This document shows positions 13,551-28,737 of a stretch of DNA of 64,000 bases, piece by piece. The stretch spans positions 101,680,001 through 101,744,000 of the forward strand of contig NC_043005.1 in NCBI RefSeq assembly GCF_006345805.1, written 5' to 3'. Made by a program: the position numbers and the translations under genes. The notes under the pieces are model-generated. The model saw nothing but the letters and a program-made list of their open reading frames with translations, was not told where the DNA came from and searched no databases. Each line of letters opens with the position of its first letter. Positions within the stretch are counted from its first letter, which is position 1. This DNA is from Octopus sinensis (lineage: Eukaryota).

Positions 13551-14675
13551 CAGCAACAGCAACACCAGCATACAACTATTTACTCTATATATTGTTTGTT
13601 ATACAATCGTCGGTCTATACAGTTAATAAACGTTGTTGTACCACTTCAGAAATATAGAGACCAGGTAGAGCTTCTGGATATTCTGATGTAGTTATTGCTA
13701 TTGTCGTACCATTGTGGAACTTAACAGTACCTACTACACATATTGTTTATGCAATTCTATGATGTTACACTTATGTATCTGTTTCCGTATTTAGTCTCAA
13801 AGAAAGACACCCCACCACACGCAAAAAAGCAAAAGCAAAAATGTAAACTTTATCACCAATGTTACTACGCCAACAAAATTATTCCAGATTTCTTTGGTTC
13901 ACAAATTTAAATAATTCTTTGACGCTTCGGTAAATTTAGAATTTTTAAAATGTTCACTTGTTTTAACTTGAGAAAATCTTAATTTTTTATTTTCAAATTT
14001 TTTGATTGATTTTTCATTTCTTACTAAACTCTGCTGAATTGTTTATAACAAACTATATTGGCTGGCAATGATAAATCAATCTTTCTCGCTTTTCTTTATT
14101 GTTTGGTATTATCTAAATTCTTTATGTTTGTTATTTTCATGAATCTCCCTCTCTTTCCTCTAGCACGAAAGAGAGAGAGAGAGAGAGAAAGAGAAAGAGA
14201 GAGAGAGAGAAAGAAAAAGGAAAGATAGTAAGAATGAGGAGAGAGAGGGCACTCCACACACAGATTGTAATAGATATTGTGAAAGAAAAAGTGTGTGTGC
14301 GTATGTCTATGTATGCATTAAGTAACAGTGAGGTTTTGTATGTACGTGTGCGTTCGCACGTATGTGTGTATGCGCGTACGTGCGTATGTGTGTGTGTGCG
14401 TACGTGTGTGAGGGTGTGTGTGTGGTTGGTGAATCAAAAAGGCAAGTATTGCATTTCTTTTGCTGTCAGAAGAAATAAATAAAATATTCATCTGGAAATG
14501 GTTGTTAAAAAATAAAGAACGTGAAGATAATGTATTAAATATTTCTTTGTAATAAACCATTAAATTCAATGCAGTAAACGGATATTGAATTGGTACGTCC
14601 ATCATTTATGTATATATACATGTGTGTATGAATGTGGATAGCATATACAAATGAAAGTATGTGTTTGTGCCTCTG

Positions 14676-14744
<69 letters not shown>

Positions 14745-14949
14745 ATGTATGTATATGTATATATATACGTACACGTGTGTGTGTGTGAATGTATATGTGT
14801 ACGAAGATGTACGTGTAAATGTGTTAGCATGTATTATTTTGGGGATGGGGTGTAGGCACACTCGTCTGTATGTATGTCCGTATGCATGTAGAAATCTATT
14901 TAAAGTTGTGCATATACACGCACATATTTTCTGTGTGTGCATATATCTA

Positions 14950-15031
<82 letters not shown>

Positions 15032-15189
15032 TGAGTATATCAAGGTATGCATGTATGTATAAGTATTAGGAATCATATACCTATAAATAATACGTATGTG
15101 GGTTATTTGTGTACGCACGTTTTATGTATGTATAAGCTGGTATATGGCTTGTATGTAAGCATGTAAGTAAAAGTAAATCGAAATTTCTG

Positions 15190-15450
15190 GAAATTGCCTC
15201 CCTTCCTAAGGGACTCTAAAAATTTACTCTTTTTTAGAGTATCTAACAATTATGAGTTCTCTAATTTAGAGGTCACCTTTAATCAAGAGATTTCTTGCCT
15301 CATTCACTTAGAATGTCATGCCGTATCTCAGTTGTATATATCCTTACTTTTAGTCTACTTGAGTTATTTCCGTCTCTTTTTTCTACTACTAAAATTTTCT
15401 ACTATTACAACCTACTGATGAGGCCTAATAAGACAGATACGTGTTGGTCG
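15190..15450 (+). mobile_element. Possible PLE 3' remnant ending in a degenerate hammerhead
   Basis: KNLLFLE-like and FNQE-like GIY-YIG C-terminal traces, followed by cctaCTGATGAggc-ctaataa-gaca-GATA-cgtg at 15411-15442. Confidence 0.35.
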
Positions 15451-15887
15451 CTGTTCCAAAAATTACACAGCCACATCGTATCCAAATATGTATGGTACTT
15501 AGAAGAACGGTTTTTTGTCAATATCAATGATCGAACACAATTTGTGCTACGTAAATGCAACAAAGAAATACAGCAATAACAAAACGAACTGGTACTTGGA
15601 ACAGCAAATTAGAACTGATGTCAAAAATCCTTTACGTAGAGTAACGGCAAAAGGAAAGCATCATGCGTTTGTTCGATATTTGCTAAAAGTAGCAGTTAAC
15701 TCACTCTGAAATCGCAGACACGATGAGATGGTAAACAATGCATTTTTTCTGTCACACCAATTTTCCACTCGGATTTTTACCCCTCACCTCTGCCAAGTTC
15801 TGAGGAAGATGGAGAGAGAGAGAGAGAGAGTAACAGAGAGAAGGGAGAGATAGAAAAAGGGGTGAGATAAGAAAAAATATGCGTGTA

Positions 15888-16040
15888 TGAGTGGCGGTGT
15901 GGTAAGAAGTTTGGTTCCCAGCCTCATGGTCCCGGGTTCAGTCCACCCGCGTAGCACCTTAAGTAAGTGCCTTCTATTATAGTCTCGGGTCAACCAATGC
16001 CTTGTGAGTGGATTTGGAAGACGGAAACTGAAAAAAGACC
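15888..16040 (+). mobile_element. tRNA-derived CORE-like SINE; related copies at ~29995-30145 (+), ~8200-8300 (-) and ~30410-30520 (-)
   Basis: gtgtggtaagaagtttg...gggttcagtcc...gcaccttaagtaagtg...ccttgtgagtggatttgg. Confidence 0.7.
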
Positions 16041-17189
16041 TTCCTGTATAGTATAGTATAGTATAGTATAGTATAGTATAATATAGTATAGTATAGTATA
16101 GTATAGTATAGTATAAATATATATATATATATATAACTAAATTATCAAATTTGTCCTTAGGCTTATAAAATCTTATGCGCTATTTAGTTGAAATTTGACT
16201 GCTATGTCTAGCAGATCATACAATCAATCACTCTTTTAATGGTTGTTTCGTAAAATGTGGGCTCTGCAAAATACTGGTGTCGATTTGTTTGACTAAAAAC
16301 CTTCAAGGCTGTGCCCCAACTTGGCCGCAGTTTAATATATACACACGTGTGTATATATATATAGATATGGATGTGTGCGTTTGTGCGTGTATGTGTGTGT
16401 GCATGTGTGTGTGTGTGTGTGAGATGACGCTTGATCTAGGCCGTTACATCCCATCCACAACACACCCTGCAACGCCATTAGCAGCTAACACGATTTCTTC
16501 GGTCGCAGATCCATAGACACTCAAGACCGACGGATGCCTACTACTACTACTACTACTACTACAAGGTATTCACACTAATACACACACCAACACATATCCG
16601 CAATATATACTCAGACGCACTTAAACCTATCATTTCATTTTGTTAGGCAACCCACAATCAGCCTACGCATATGTTCACACACACACACACACACACACAC
16701 ATATGTATACATATATATATATATATGTGTACACAGGTTTCTATACAATTCCATAAATATATTCATTCACCAGCGGGTGTGTATGTGTGTGTGCATGAAG
16801 AATGGTCAACAAAACAACTGTATTTCGTGTGCGTCTTTGTTAGTATATAAGTGCGTGTGTGCGTGAGTCATCTATGTTTATATATGTGTATATATGTATG
16901 TGTATATATGTATATGTATATATGTATATGTATATATGTATATGTATATATGGTTTTATGTTATTACTTAACCAATCATTCACTTATCTCTTTGACGAGT
17001 TTCTTATCAGAATGAAAACAGATATATACACTCGTACTGATACTCACTTATATGGAGAATGAGTGTTTCTCTGCGTATATATCCGTAAAGACAATCTAAT
17101 TGAATTCATACCCACATATGCATATGTATGCATGTATATATATACTCAAAGATATCCGTATATACATATATGTATATGTATGTAAGCAA

Positions 17190-17239
<50 letters not shown>

Positions 17240-17318
17240 ATACATATATATATATATACATATATATACATATATATACACATATATATACATATATATA
17301 TATACATACATATATATA

Positions 17319-17363
<45 letters not shown>

Positions 17364-17380
17364 ATTACATACATACATAC

Positions 17381-17415
<35 letters not shown>

Positions 17416-18120
17416 ATTACATACATATATTCATATATACATACATATATATATATACACGTACACGAATATATACATACGCACTTACAGATACAAATCT
17501 ATGTATCTCTCTCGTAATATATACACACACACATATATATGCCTGTGTGTGTATACGTGTATAATATATATATATTATATATGTGTATATATATATATAT
17601 GTATATATGTATACGCATATATATCATATGCACAAATATTCCTACCTATTTACCTACACACTCACACACATCTATATATATGTACGTATACACTTCCACA
17701 TAGACACGTATCGTTTCTTCCGTTCTGTTCTACCATACTATTCCCCCAAAACTGCGACGACAAAATTTCACGAAATTGACGTCGGTTATCGATTATGTGT
17801 CACAATGATATATCACTTCAATTAGATACTTTTGTTAGAAAAGAAAGTTATTTTTCTTAAAATGGATTTTTGAATAATAAGATATATTTTTAAAAGTTGC
17901 CTAAAAATAACCGAAAAATTGGTGAAAGTTTCTGTTTCAGGTTGTTGGGGTCAACTGTAATCGAGCGAACGGAATAAAAACCTCGTTTTCGGTCCTTAAT
18001 AAATAATTTCTTTTTATATTCTCTTATTTACTTCAATCATTTAAATGGAATATCAAATATATTGGCATTTTCGAGGTGTCATCAGAGCTTATTTATAATT
18101 TCACAGTCTCTCGAAAATCG

Positions 18121-18780
<660 letters not shown>

Positions 18781-18899
18781 ATCATGGCCACCTCAACGTA
18801 ATCGAAGGCATGATCAGACTAATAATCTACTCTTATATAGAAGGAATTCATTTGATTATGGCGCGTTGGGTAATCTTATTCCGATGCTTATTAGCATAT

Positions 18900-20050
18900 G
18901 CCCACTATCAGATGTTTTATTTGTGCAACTAATTTGAATCCTGCACGGAAAACATACGCGTTTTCAAATCCATCTGCCCCACACTTTGCTGATGGGTCCG
19001 ATCAAAAGCATTTTTATTCCTAGCTCAGTTACCTTATTCAAATACTTTCAAGAAGGACATTGCATAGTCCTTAAACCGCGGCCTTCTTTGGTATTAAGGA
19101 CGACATCTGCAGATAAGCCCACGATACAGCATGTGCTTCTGGGTTATCTGATCAGATATTTATAGAAGGCTTCTGTTTCAACGTAAATGCTACCTGTGAA
19201 CTGCTGCATCGATGCTCACAATTTTACCTCCCCTTAATACAGTTGTATTTTGTGTCGTAAAGGACTCAAAAGCATTCAGAATATACCTACGTTCAGAATA
19301 TATCTAAAACATTTTTGAGAAACGTTACACAATGCATTAAAGAAAGCATAACTCGCATGAGTAAAGAAGGAAAGTCAGCACTCATGCGTGTTACATATCA
19401 ACCTTAGTTAACCTCGTGATGCAATGTTAGGATCAGACATGAGTCTTAAGATCTTTGAAAAAATCAGTTGCAGTGTGAATGCTTAAAGGTATTTCCCCGT
19501 TTTAAATAAAATGACCACGTGCCTGCCGTGTAATCAAACTTGTTTATTAATATTACTAAATTGTCCAATGTCAATAGACAATCAAGTTCGCACTAACAAA
19601 GATCTTTGTTACAGCAATTTCAACTTGAACAGGTTCTCATTTTTACTCACCGCACTCGTCCTGCATCTATCACATCCACCGTGTTCCTGTCAGGACGGAA
19701 ACCACTTCTAAATTCAGGAAGGACAATAAGTAAGCCATTATATAGGAAGGTAAGAAGAACACTTGCTAGAACCTTCCGAAAAGCGAACAGTTGTGCAATG
19801 GTTCTATGGATTGTTAGTTACCAACTGTTGATGTTAATACGCTTTTCTCTTGAAGTGGGAAGCAGAATTTGTACAATGTTTTCACACACCTATGAAATGC
19901 AGATGTTGTGTTGTCAAACGTTGTTTATATGGAAGAGATATTCTTCAAATTTCTTATGCATTTCAGAACGAACTGAAAATCCCAAAAGCAATTGTCTTTT
20001 AGTTCTTTTTTTCTCATCTGCAATCTAAAATACTCTTTAGTAAATTCTCT
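18900..20050 (-). pseudogene. Old, heavily decayed RTE-like LINE reverse transcriptase
   Basis: Minus-strand pieces in LINE order: VLKCIRNLKN (~19960), KVLASVLLTFL and VLPEFRSGFRPDRNTVDVI (19668-19770; compare LPESQCGFR..RSTVD), and a weak SADVVL near 19100. Boundaries are approximate. Confidence 0.6.
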
Positions 20051-22038
20051 GAGAGAGCAACTACGGTCGGTTACACTGGCTCAGGAAACATGCAACAAGT
20101 GAATTACGTCTGTCTAGCTCTCGAATCTAGCATTGTCTGAACTTTTTAACACAAATATTTAGAAATTCTAACGCAACTCTTCAGTTGAGTGTTCATTTGT
20201 TTTATCTCATGGTTTCAAATTATATTATTATTCTGAGCCGATTTTTATACTCCTTGTGTTCTCTGCTCAAGATGAGAACAATATCGTTCCACTGTTCACG
20301 TTTTCCTCCATTTCTGAAGACTGATGTGAATAGTGAAATGCATCTACAAGCTGGAAATCGACGCATCTCACCAGTTTGTTGGGTTTTGTTAAACCTTTCA
20401 ACACGTCCCAGCAGGGAACACGCATGTTAAAAAAAGATGATGGGTGAAATATTTTATGATATTGATGTCCATAAAAAAAAGCATTGCGAGTCACCAGACA
20501 AAACTCTTTCTCTCTTTATTGACTGCTTCTCAAAGAAAATATGCTCACTTTCCTCCTCTACTGAAAATTACATCCCATGTAGTATGCAAACCACTCATAA
20601 GTTGTAAATTACGCGAGCAAAGTTGTGGATAACGAAATTTTCATATTTATGCTTTGGATGGCTCAGAAATATTGTTATTTTAATGGTGAGTCATGAAAAG
20701 CACATGTATGAAAATTAGGCTATCCATTAATGAGCTAGTCTAATTTATGACTGCTTTATATAGTTGCAGAAACGTACTATGAATTAGGAAAGGAAGATGG
20801 GTACACCCTCCCTGAGAAGTGGTCATCAAACGGTAGAACAGTTCGTTAGGTGATTCCATCCTCGTTTTGCGGGCAAGAATCGTAGAGTAGAAACAATCTG
20901 TTTACGTTCTTAATTCACCCACAATAAGGCTTTCTAACGTCTAACTTTATTTTGTACTTATACACATAGAGACATATTCTGTTAGGGAGTGTACGTGGTT
21001 CTAACCGCATGACGGCTGAACAATCTTCAGTATAATTTTAATCCTCTCCTGTTATCTGTCTGTCTTTATATATATATATAGATAGATATACACGCGCATA
21101 CGCAATTACATACAATAATTTGTGATTGTGTTTGGTTGACAAACGGGAACGGCTCCATGACAGAAGAGCAGTTGTGCAAGTTATCATTTCTGTTCTTCTG
21201 TTCGAATGGAAATAGCAAGAAGCAAAAAAAGCGGTACGGCTGCTGCCGTTGCTAATGCTGCTGCTGATAGTAGTGATGATGATCATTAATATTCTAGCAG
21301 TAGTAGTCGCGGTGCGAGTGGTAGTGGTTAATGAGGGGTGGGTGTCGGGGTTAAGCCTAGTCGATACTGAGAATAGTAATGAGAACTTATAAGGCTAGAG
21401 ATTAAAAAGGATATTCCTTTGATACAAAGGAATATTTTGAACAACAATATCAAGAAGAAGGAGAGGAAAAACAAGTAAAACAACAACAACTGCTCTGGCA
21501 AGAAAATAAACAAAGAATATATGTATATGAATAAAATAAAAGAAGAAAAAGACACGCGAACCAAAATCGATAATGGTAAGTTTGCTGTAGGAATAATAGA
21601 ATAGATTGAAGTTTCCGAATTACTATCAGGTTCTAAAGTAATGCCAATGCTAAGGAATAAATGGTAAAGCTGAATGTTTGTGTTTGAAGGAAGCAGACGA
21701 TAGAAATGTGTGTACTGTAATGGCAGAAACTGAGACTGTGAACAAAACGAACCGGATGTCGTATTTCAATGGCGGTTTTTATTCTCCTATTTCTCTTATT
21801 GTTTCTCTACGCCAACGCAATACAAGTGTTGTCAGGCATATGTATGTATATATGTTCGAAAACATATACACAACCGCATACAAACAAACGTTCAAATTTG
21901 GACATAGGGACACACTATGATATAAACACACCGGGAGAATGCAAGTACTCACACACGTACACAAACCCATATACCATTCTTCTGTTCTTTATTTGTGTAT
22001 GTGTTTATTTGTCTGTTTGTGTGTGTGTAATTTATATT

Positions 22039-22082
<44 letters not shown>

Positions 22083-22097
22083 AACACACACACACAA

Positions 22098-22130
<33 letters not shown>

Positions 22131-22136
22131 AATAAA

Positions 22137-22206
<70 letters not shown>

Positions 22207-22795
22207 GTCTATCTATCTATCTATCTATCTATATATTTAATGTATGCATGCATAAGAGAGCGAACTGCCGGAATCGTTAGGAAGCCGGGAAAATTCCTTA
22301 ACAGTGTTTCGTTCGTCTTTACGTTCTCATTTCAAATCCCGCCGAGTTCGTCTTTGCCTTTCATCTTTTTCGGAGTTAATCAAATAAGTGTAAGTTGAGC
22401 ACTGGGATCGACGTAATCGTCTTTTCCTACCGCCACCGAAATTGCTGGCCTCGCGCCAAAATTTGAAACCAAAAAATGTATGAATATATCTCTGGCTCTG
22501 TCCCTCTCCCACACCACTCTATATATATGAATGTATTGTGTACATATTTCTTTAAATACATATATATATATACACACATACACACAAATGCCTATACTTG
22601 TGTCTCGCCTAGCGTGGAGGCTCCCGAAGGATTAGTATTGCTATCAGGAAGAGATTCAATGCATGTGGGGGTCGTGAAATGAATTCAGATCGCAATGAGC
22701 TGCGACAGATATCGATTGGTAAAATGTAAAATTGTTATGTAGGCGCTCGACCAATCGACCAATCGACCACATTGGACTGAAAATATATTCAAGCC

Positions 22796-22857
<62 letters not shown>

Positions 22858-23058
22858 TGTGCGTGTGTGTGTGTGTGTGTCTGTCTGTCTCACTCTGTGT
22901 AGGTATGCATGTTGGCGTGTATGTAGCATGTGTTTGTATGTATATACGTTTGTGCGTATGTAAGTAGATACGCAGATCGGTAGGTAGGTACATAGGCATG
23001 TATGCTTGTGTATATGCATTTCCCTGTGTATATACCCGTGCTCGGACACACGTACATA

Positions 23059-24271
23059 TTGGCTTGCCGGATCAATTCATTCGGTTCCAAAGTTTTTTAA
23101 TTGTCCTTGTGTTTTATAGTCTTTTTGAAGCATTATTCTTTCTCTACAACTGTTGTTTATAGTTTGTGAAATTTGAATGAATTTTACCTCCTTTTAGATA
23201 TATGACGATAGAGTATCATTTAGATAAAAACGAGTATTTTCGATAACTGCTACTCTTCGCTTTCAGTCAAGGTCCCAAAATTGCCAAAGCCACTGGAGAC
23301 ATTTGTGCTGTGTACGGTGCTGAGGCTATTATTAAAAGAACTGCATAGCAATGGTTTTCACGACTTACAGAGGAGAAATTCGACCTCACAGACTGTATGC
23401 ATTCTGGGCAACCAGTTCAGCAAAATGAAGATTAATCGAACGAGCTCTTCCAGGAGGATCAGCGCCAGTCAGCTATAGATTTCTCCAGCACATGGGATTC
23501 TCGATAGTAAGGTCCAAAATCTAGGTCCAAATGTGTCACACGCAATGAACGGAAAAGGCAAACATCGGCGCTTCTCTATTGCGCCAGTTTGCTTTCTTAA
23601 CACCAAACTATCCATGGACAAACACTAATATTTCTTCACCATATCGTGAAAAAAAAATGCTTTCTTTACGTCAATATGAAGGAAAGGAATAAACGACTGA
23701 GTCCCGACATAGGAGTAACACGACGAGTCTATCCAGATTTGCATCCGCGTAAACCAGCGAACTACGTTTTGTAGGATTGGGAAGGGCTAATGCACTACGA
23801 AAGTTTTGAAAGCAACCATGCGATCAATTCAGAGTTTTTCGTTCACCAAATGACACTGACTCAACGAGGCAATCCAACTGAAACAACCCAACCGCCGACA
23901 CGTTGTCCTTCATTAATAATAGTATCTAACCTAATATTGCTATTCAAAAGCTCGGCTGGGAAGTTCTACTGCACACGCCGTATTCTCCGAATATAGCACC
24001 ATCATATTATCAGCTTTTTTCCCGGTAACTCTCCGGAAGCCTGCGCGGCGATTCATTCAACGACCTGAAGGGGAAAAAAACACCCAAAATACCCAGATTC
24101 GAAGAGTCACGTTTTAAATATTTTTAACATCAAGGCATTGACAAGACAGTAGAAAGTTAATAAAGATTCATGAACAATGAAGGAGTGTATAGAATTGACT
24201 AATTTGTTAAAATTTTTAATGAAAAATACGGATTAAAATAAATGGGGATAAAAAACCGAATTTAACCTAAT
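23059..24271 (+). mobile_element. Decayed mariner DNA transposon
   Basis: Transposase traces LLLFAF...A.GDICAVYG...QWFSR, DLHPRK, D.EGLMHYE and GWEVLLHTPYSPNIAPS.Y. Eroded TIRs attcggtt / aaccgaat at the ends. Confidence 0.75.
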
Positions 24272-24540
24272 TCTATAGAAATTTCTCTCTCCCCCTCTGT
24301 GTATCTAATAATCTATATCTATAAATATACCTAGATATGTGTGTGAGCGTGCATGCGTGCATGTGTGCGTATGTTAATAAATGTTCGCTCGCATGTGTGT
24401 GTTGGCTCCGGAAAATACGGAATTGTGAAAAGTATGTGATTTAGTGAATATGTGGAATCGAGGTGTTGGTAATTTGCAGAATCAATACAAATAACTGACA
24501 ATACAATCAGTCTCTCTATATAAACATCGGTACAAAAATA

Positions 24541-24603
<63 letters not shown>

Positions 24604-24756
24604 CGTATATGGAGAAAATATGAAAATTAGGCTACCATTTCAATAGATACATAAACATCCAATATTCAATAGACTGCAACCAGCAATCACTGAATATGTA
24701 CAGCTATGCATGCATACATACATACATACATACATACATACATACACATACATACA

Positions 24757-24790
<34 letters not shown>

Positions 24791-24952
24791 CATACATACA
24801 CACACACATACATACATACATACACACATATATACATACATACATGCATATATACATACATACAGACATATATACATACATACACACACACATACATGCA
24901 TGCATACATACATACATACACACATACATACATACATACATACATACACATA

Positions 24953-25169
24953 CGAGGGGGTGCTGAAAAGCCCCTGGCTTTGGGTAAAAGAAAATACAAG
25001 GGAATCAGTTAATTGTGATTTTATTCAACATATTCCCATCTCGGAATCACATACATTGCAACGGTCCTTCAGTGTTTTCTAAGTTCTGTAAAAGAACTCG
25101 AAAGGTTGGGCCTCCAACCTGGCCTTTCGCGATACTCTGAAGGCCAGGAAGTTTTCAGCTCCCTCCTCA
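24953..25169 (-). mobile_element. Mariner-derived MITE (internal deletion derivative)
   Basis: TIRs cgagggggtgctgaaaag / gttttcagctccctcctca, each flanked by TA. The interior retains a transposase C-terminus (FFY...KTLKDRC...EYVE*) on the minus strand. Confidence 0.75.
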
Positions 25170-25264
25170 TACATACACAGACTCAGACACACATAAACAC
25201 ACAAAGGCACACACACACACACACACACATATACATCGTACAAAGAAATATTTACTACAGATAA

Positions 25265-25497
25265 GAGGTGAGCTGGCAGAAATGTTAGCACGCCGGGCGA
25301 AATGCGTAGCCGTATTCCGTCTGCCGTTACGTTCTAAGTTCAAATTCCGCCGAGGTCAACTTTGCTCTTCATCCTTTCGGGGTCGATAAATTAAGTACCA
25401 GTTACACACTAAGGTCGTTGTAATCGACTTTGTCCCTTTGTCTGTCTTTGTTTGTACCCTGTATGTTTAGCCACCTGTGGGCAATAAAGAAATAAGA
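25265..25497 (+). mobile_element. Full-length Nin/Deu-like SINE, long-tail subfamily
   Basis: A box tggcagaaatgttag, B box aagttcaaattcc, core cttcatcctttcggggtcgataaattaagtacc, tail aaagaaataagaaat. Short-tail relatives at ~22265, 26775, 35320, 44780, 45015, 49880, 50290, 50500 and 56052. Confidence 0.85.
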
Positions 25498-25915
25498 AAT
25501 ATTTTCTACAGATGTATGACAATAGATATATAAATTCATATACAAAATGGGGCAATATAAGTGCATACGTAACATGGCGTGTACCCACATCGACACAAAG
25601 CAACATATTGGACCCAATATTAGATGCTTACAACATGGCCTACTTACATGCGTGACACCAATCGCACATATGAGAGGTCTCCTGCATACAAACACATACA
25701 CACGCATATTTATGTATATTTCATTGCATATGCGTATTTACAGATATATGCACATATATGCACGTATGCTTAGGCATGTATATACACCTGCGTAGGCACA
25801 AACGGTCTTACAAAGAATCTATTCCATACGTCAGAATCACTTGGACTTCAAAGTGGTGTAAATTCGTCCTGTGTGTTATAGAGACGCCAGATTAAAAAGA
25901 AATGGAACAATCGAA

Positions 25916-25957
<42 letters not shown>

Positions 25958-26960
25958 AGAGAGTGGAGAGAAAGACTATGGAACATGTAAAGAAGGAAAC
26001 GAATTTAACGAGGAATTGAAACCGTGTCGTGACCCCAGATTCTTTCATGTCGATAGTCACAAAGTCTAAAGTAAAATTAAGGACGACTACAGCAGCTACC
26101 ACCACTACCACCACCATCACCACCATCACCGCAACAACAACATAGCAATAACAGCAGCAGCCACAACAACACTAACAACTCATTGGCTTGTCATTTCATT
26201 TGATCTGTTATTTGGAATGAGCGAAGATCAAATATCGATTTCTAGCATGATAGAGCAAGTACATGACTTGTAATTATATTACCGACCCTCGAAGGATGAA
26301 AGGGAGATGGACCCTCACAAGACTTGAACTCCTTACGTAAAAGAGCATAATGGAACACTGCAAAGCACTTAATTCTTCCTCCTATCGTTGCGGTCCCTTC
26401 CCACGTGTTTATTTAGACTTAATATGTCACTCTGTTGAACTGCGCACCCCTAAACCCTGCATCAACATTGCAAGTATTCCCCAACATATGTATCTATCGT
26501 GTATTTGTTGTTCAGCCCTAGGTTGACTCAAGCTGAGCAGCCCTATTATCAGACGCATTCCAGGCATGAACATCTTGTATTTGTTTTAACACAGTATACT
26601 TCAGACTACGTTATTGTACCCTTCTATATGTTATTAAGACTGCAGACTGTGATTTGGGAGTAGCTTTGGGGGCTATTTCTAGTACATCAAGCAACCACGA
26701 AGAGTGCTCCCGCCATAACTCGTGTACGTGACTTATAGAGTTTTATAGTATGTTTTAGTAATGGTGATATTATTATTAGCACGACGGGCAAAATGCTTAG
26801 CAATATTTCGCCTATCCCTACGGTCTGAGTTCAAATTTCGCCGAGGTCCACTTGGCATTTCATCCTCTCGAGGTCGATAAACAAAGTACCAGTGAATCTC
26901 TGGGATCGATGAAATCAACTAGTTCCCTCCCTGTAAATTTCAAGCCTTGTGCCTATAGTA

Positions 26961-28191
26961 TCAGGTCATCCCATAAGTTCTGTCCCATTTTACCTTTTTT
27001 TTAAATTGAATGAAATTTAATAGTATTTTAGAATGTCTGTTGGAATTAAAAATTATTTTTATGCATTTTTGTACATTTAAAGTAATTAAATATTATTTTA
27101 CAGAATAATAGAATTAAAATTTCTTTGATTAAAACCCTTTCTAACATGGAAGTATCCAAAAGCAATTAAGGCACATAATGCTTTATGAGTACAAAAAAGG
27201 AAACTCTGCAGCCGAAGCGACTCAAAACATACACTCAGTGTATCGGAAAGAATGCTTGAATGAAAGAACTTGCAGAAGATGGTTTCCAAAATTCAGAAGT
27301 GGAGATGTCAGCCTTGAAGATGGAGATAGAACATAACGTCCAGTTGAGTTTCATGATAAGCTCCTTGAGGCATTAATTGTGGAATATCATGCATTATCAG
27401 TTGAAGAATTGACAATAAAGCTTAGTTCAAGCAATATAACTGTTCATCGTCATCTTTAGCAACTTGGAAAGGTTCCTAAACTTGGAAACTGAGTTATCCG
27501 AAAGCAACCGCAAATCCCCAGTTGACATCTGCTCTACTCTCTATTCTCACGGATTCATTTCACCCTTTTTGGATAGAAAAATGGATCTTCTATAGAAATG
27601 TTAAACGTCGTAAACAGTGGCTTGGTAAAATGGAAAAAGCTCAACCACAACCGAGAAGGGAGCTTCATGGAAAAAGGTTCTTCTCTCTATCTAGTGGGAT
27701 TGCAAAGGAGTAATTCACTTTGAATTGTTACCACCTAATGCTCAAGTCTACTGTTAGCAATTAGAGCGTTTCAACCAAGCTTTGAAGAAAAGAAGACCGC
27801 TTTGGTGAATCGAAAGGAGTGATGTCTCATCAGGACAATGTGCGACCCCACACTGCAAAGATCACATCACAGAAGATCGAAGAGCTTGGTCGGAAAAAAT
27901 TCCTCATCCACCTTATTATCCTGACCTTGTTCCTTCAGATTACCATCTGTTTCGTAGTTTACAGAATTATTTGGGAGAATATAACTCTCGCAAGCCAGGA
28001 GGAAGTCGAAACAGACATTTCAGAGTTCTTTGCTTTGAAACCAAACAGTTTTACATTGATGGGATTAAAAAGCTTGTAAATAGAAAGAAGGAGTTCATAG
28101 ATAATCAGGGAATGTACATTGATGATTAAATTTCACTCGATCACATGTTTTGTTTATTCAAAATTCGGACAGAATTTATGGGATGACCTGA
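26961..28191 (+). mobile_element. Full-length mariner (Hsmar1/cecropia-like), transposase inactivated
   Basis: 25-bp TIRs tcaggtcatcccataa(g/a)ttctgtcc with TA on each side; length 1231 bp. Broken transposase 27146-28129: MEVSK.QLRHIMLYEYKKG, RRWFPKFRSG, HQDNVRPH, HPPYYPDLVPSDYHLF. Confidence 0.93.
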
Positions 28192-28695
28192 TAGAAAGGA
28201 TTCTTATATCAATAATGTTCAAGTTAATAAGCAGCAGAGTGGATGAGTTGCGACAGTATCATGAACCTTTAGTCTCTACTTCCCACACACTGTGCCACAC
28301 GAGATAAGAATTCTGCAGTGGATTCAAAACTTTAAAAAATTCATACAAATGCTTGAAAGTCTTGAAGGATGTGCCATTCAAAATTATGCTATGCACAAAT
28401 CTGATTTATGAAGAAGAGAAAATAATACTTTGGTATATCTTTTTTTCCAAATTTATAGCATGAAAATAGATGTTCCATTAAGGAATCATAGGAAGTGTGC
28501 AGTAATGGTGTTGTTTTTACTAGATGTGCTGTATGACAGCAGATCAAAAAAATTGGAGAGCGATTAAGTGAAGCCAACGTGAAATGGAAGAAAGATTCCA
28601 AAACATACTAAATCGTTTCTCCTTGTTCATACATCGATAAATATTTGAGCAGAAGACTTATACATTCCATAACTCTTCATGTAGTTGTAGTAGTA

Positions 28696-28737
<42 letters not shown>

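Noticed and set aside
20050-20700. Mariner-like traces (TVERYCSHLE, LVTRNA) on the minus strand
   Set aside because: Too weak, with no TIRs; may equally be the upstream part of the adjacent LINE relic.
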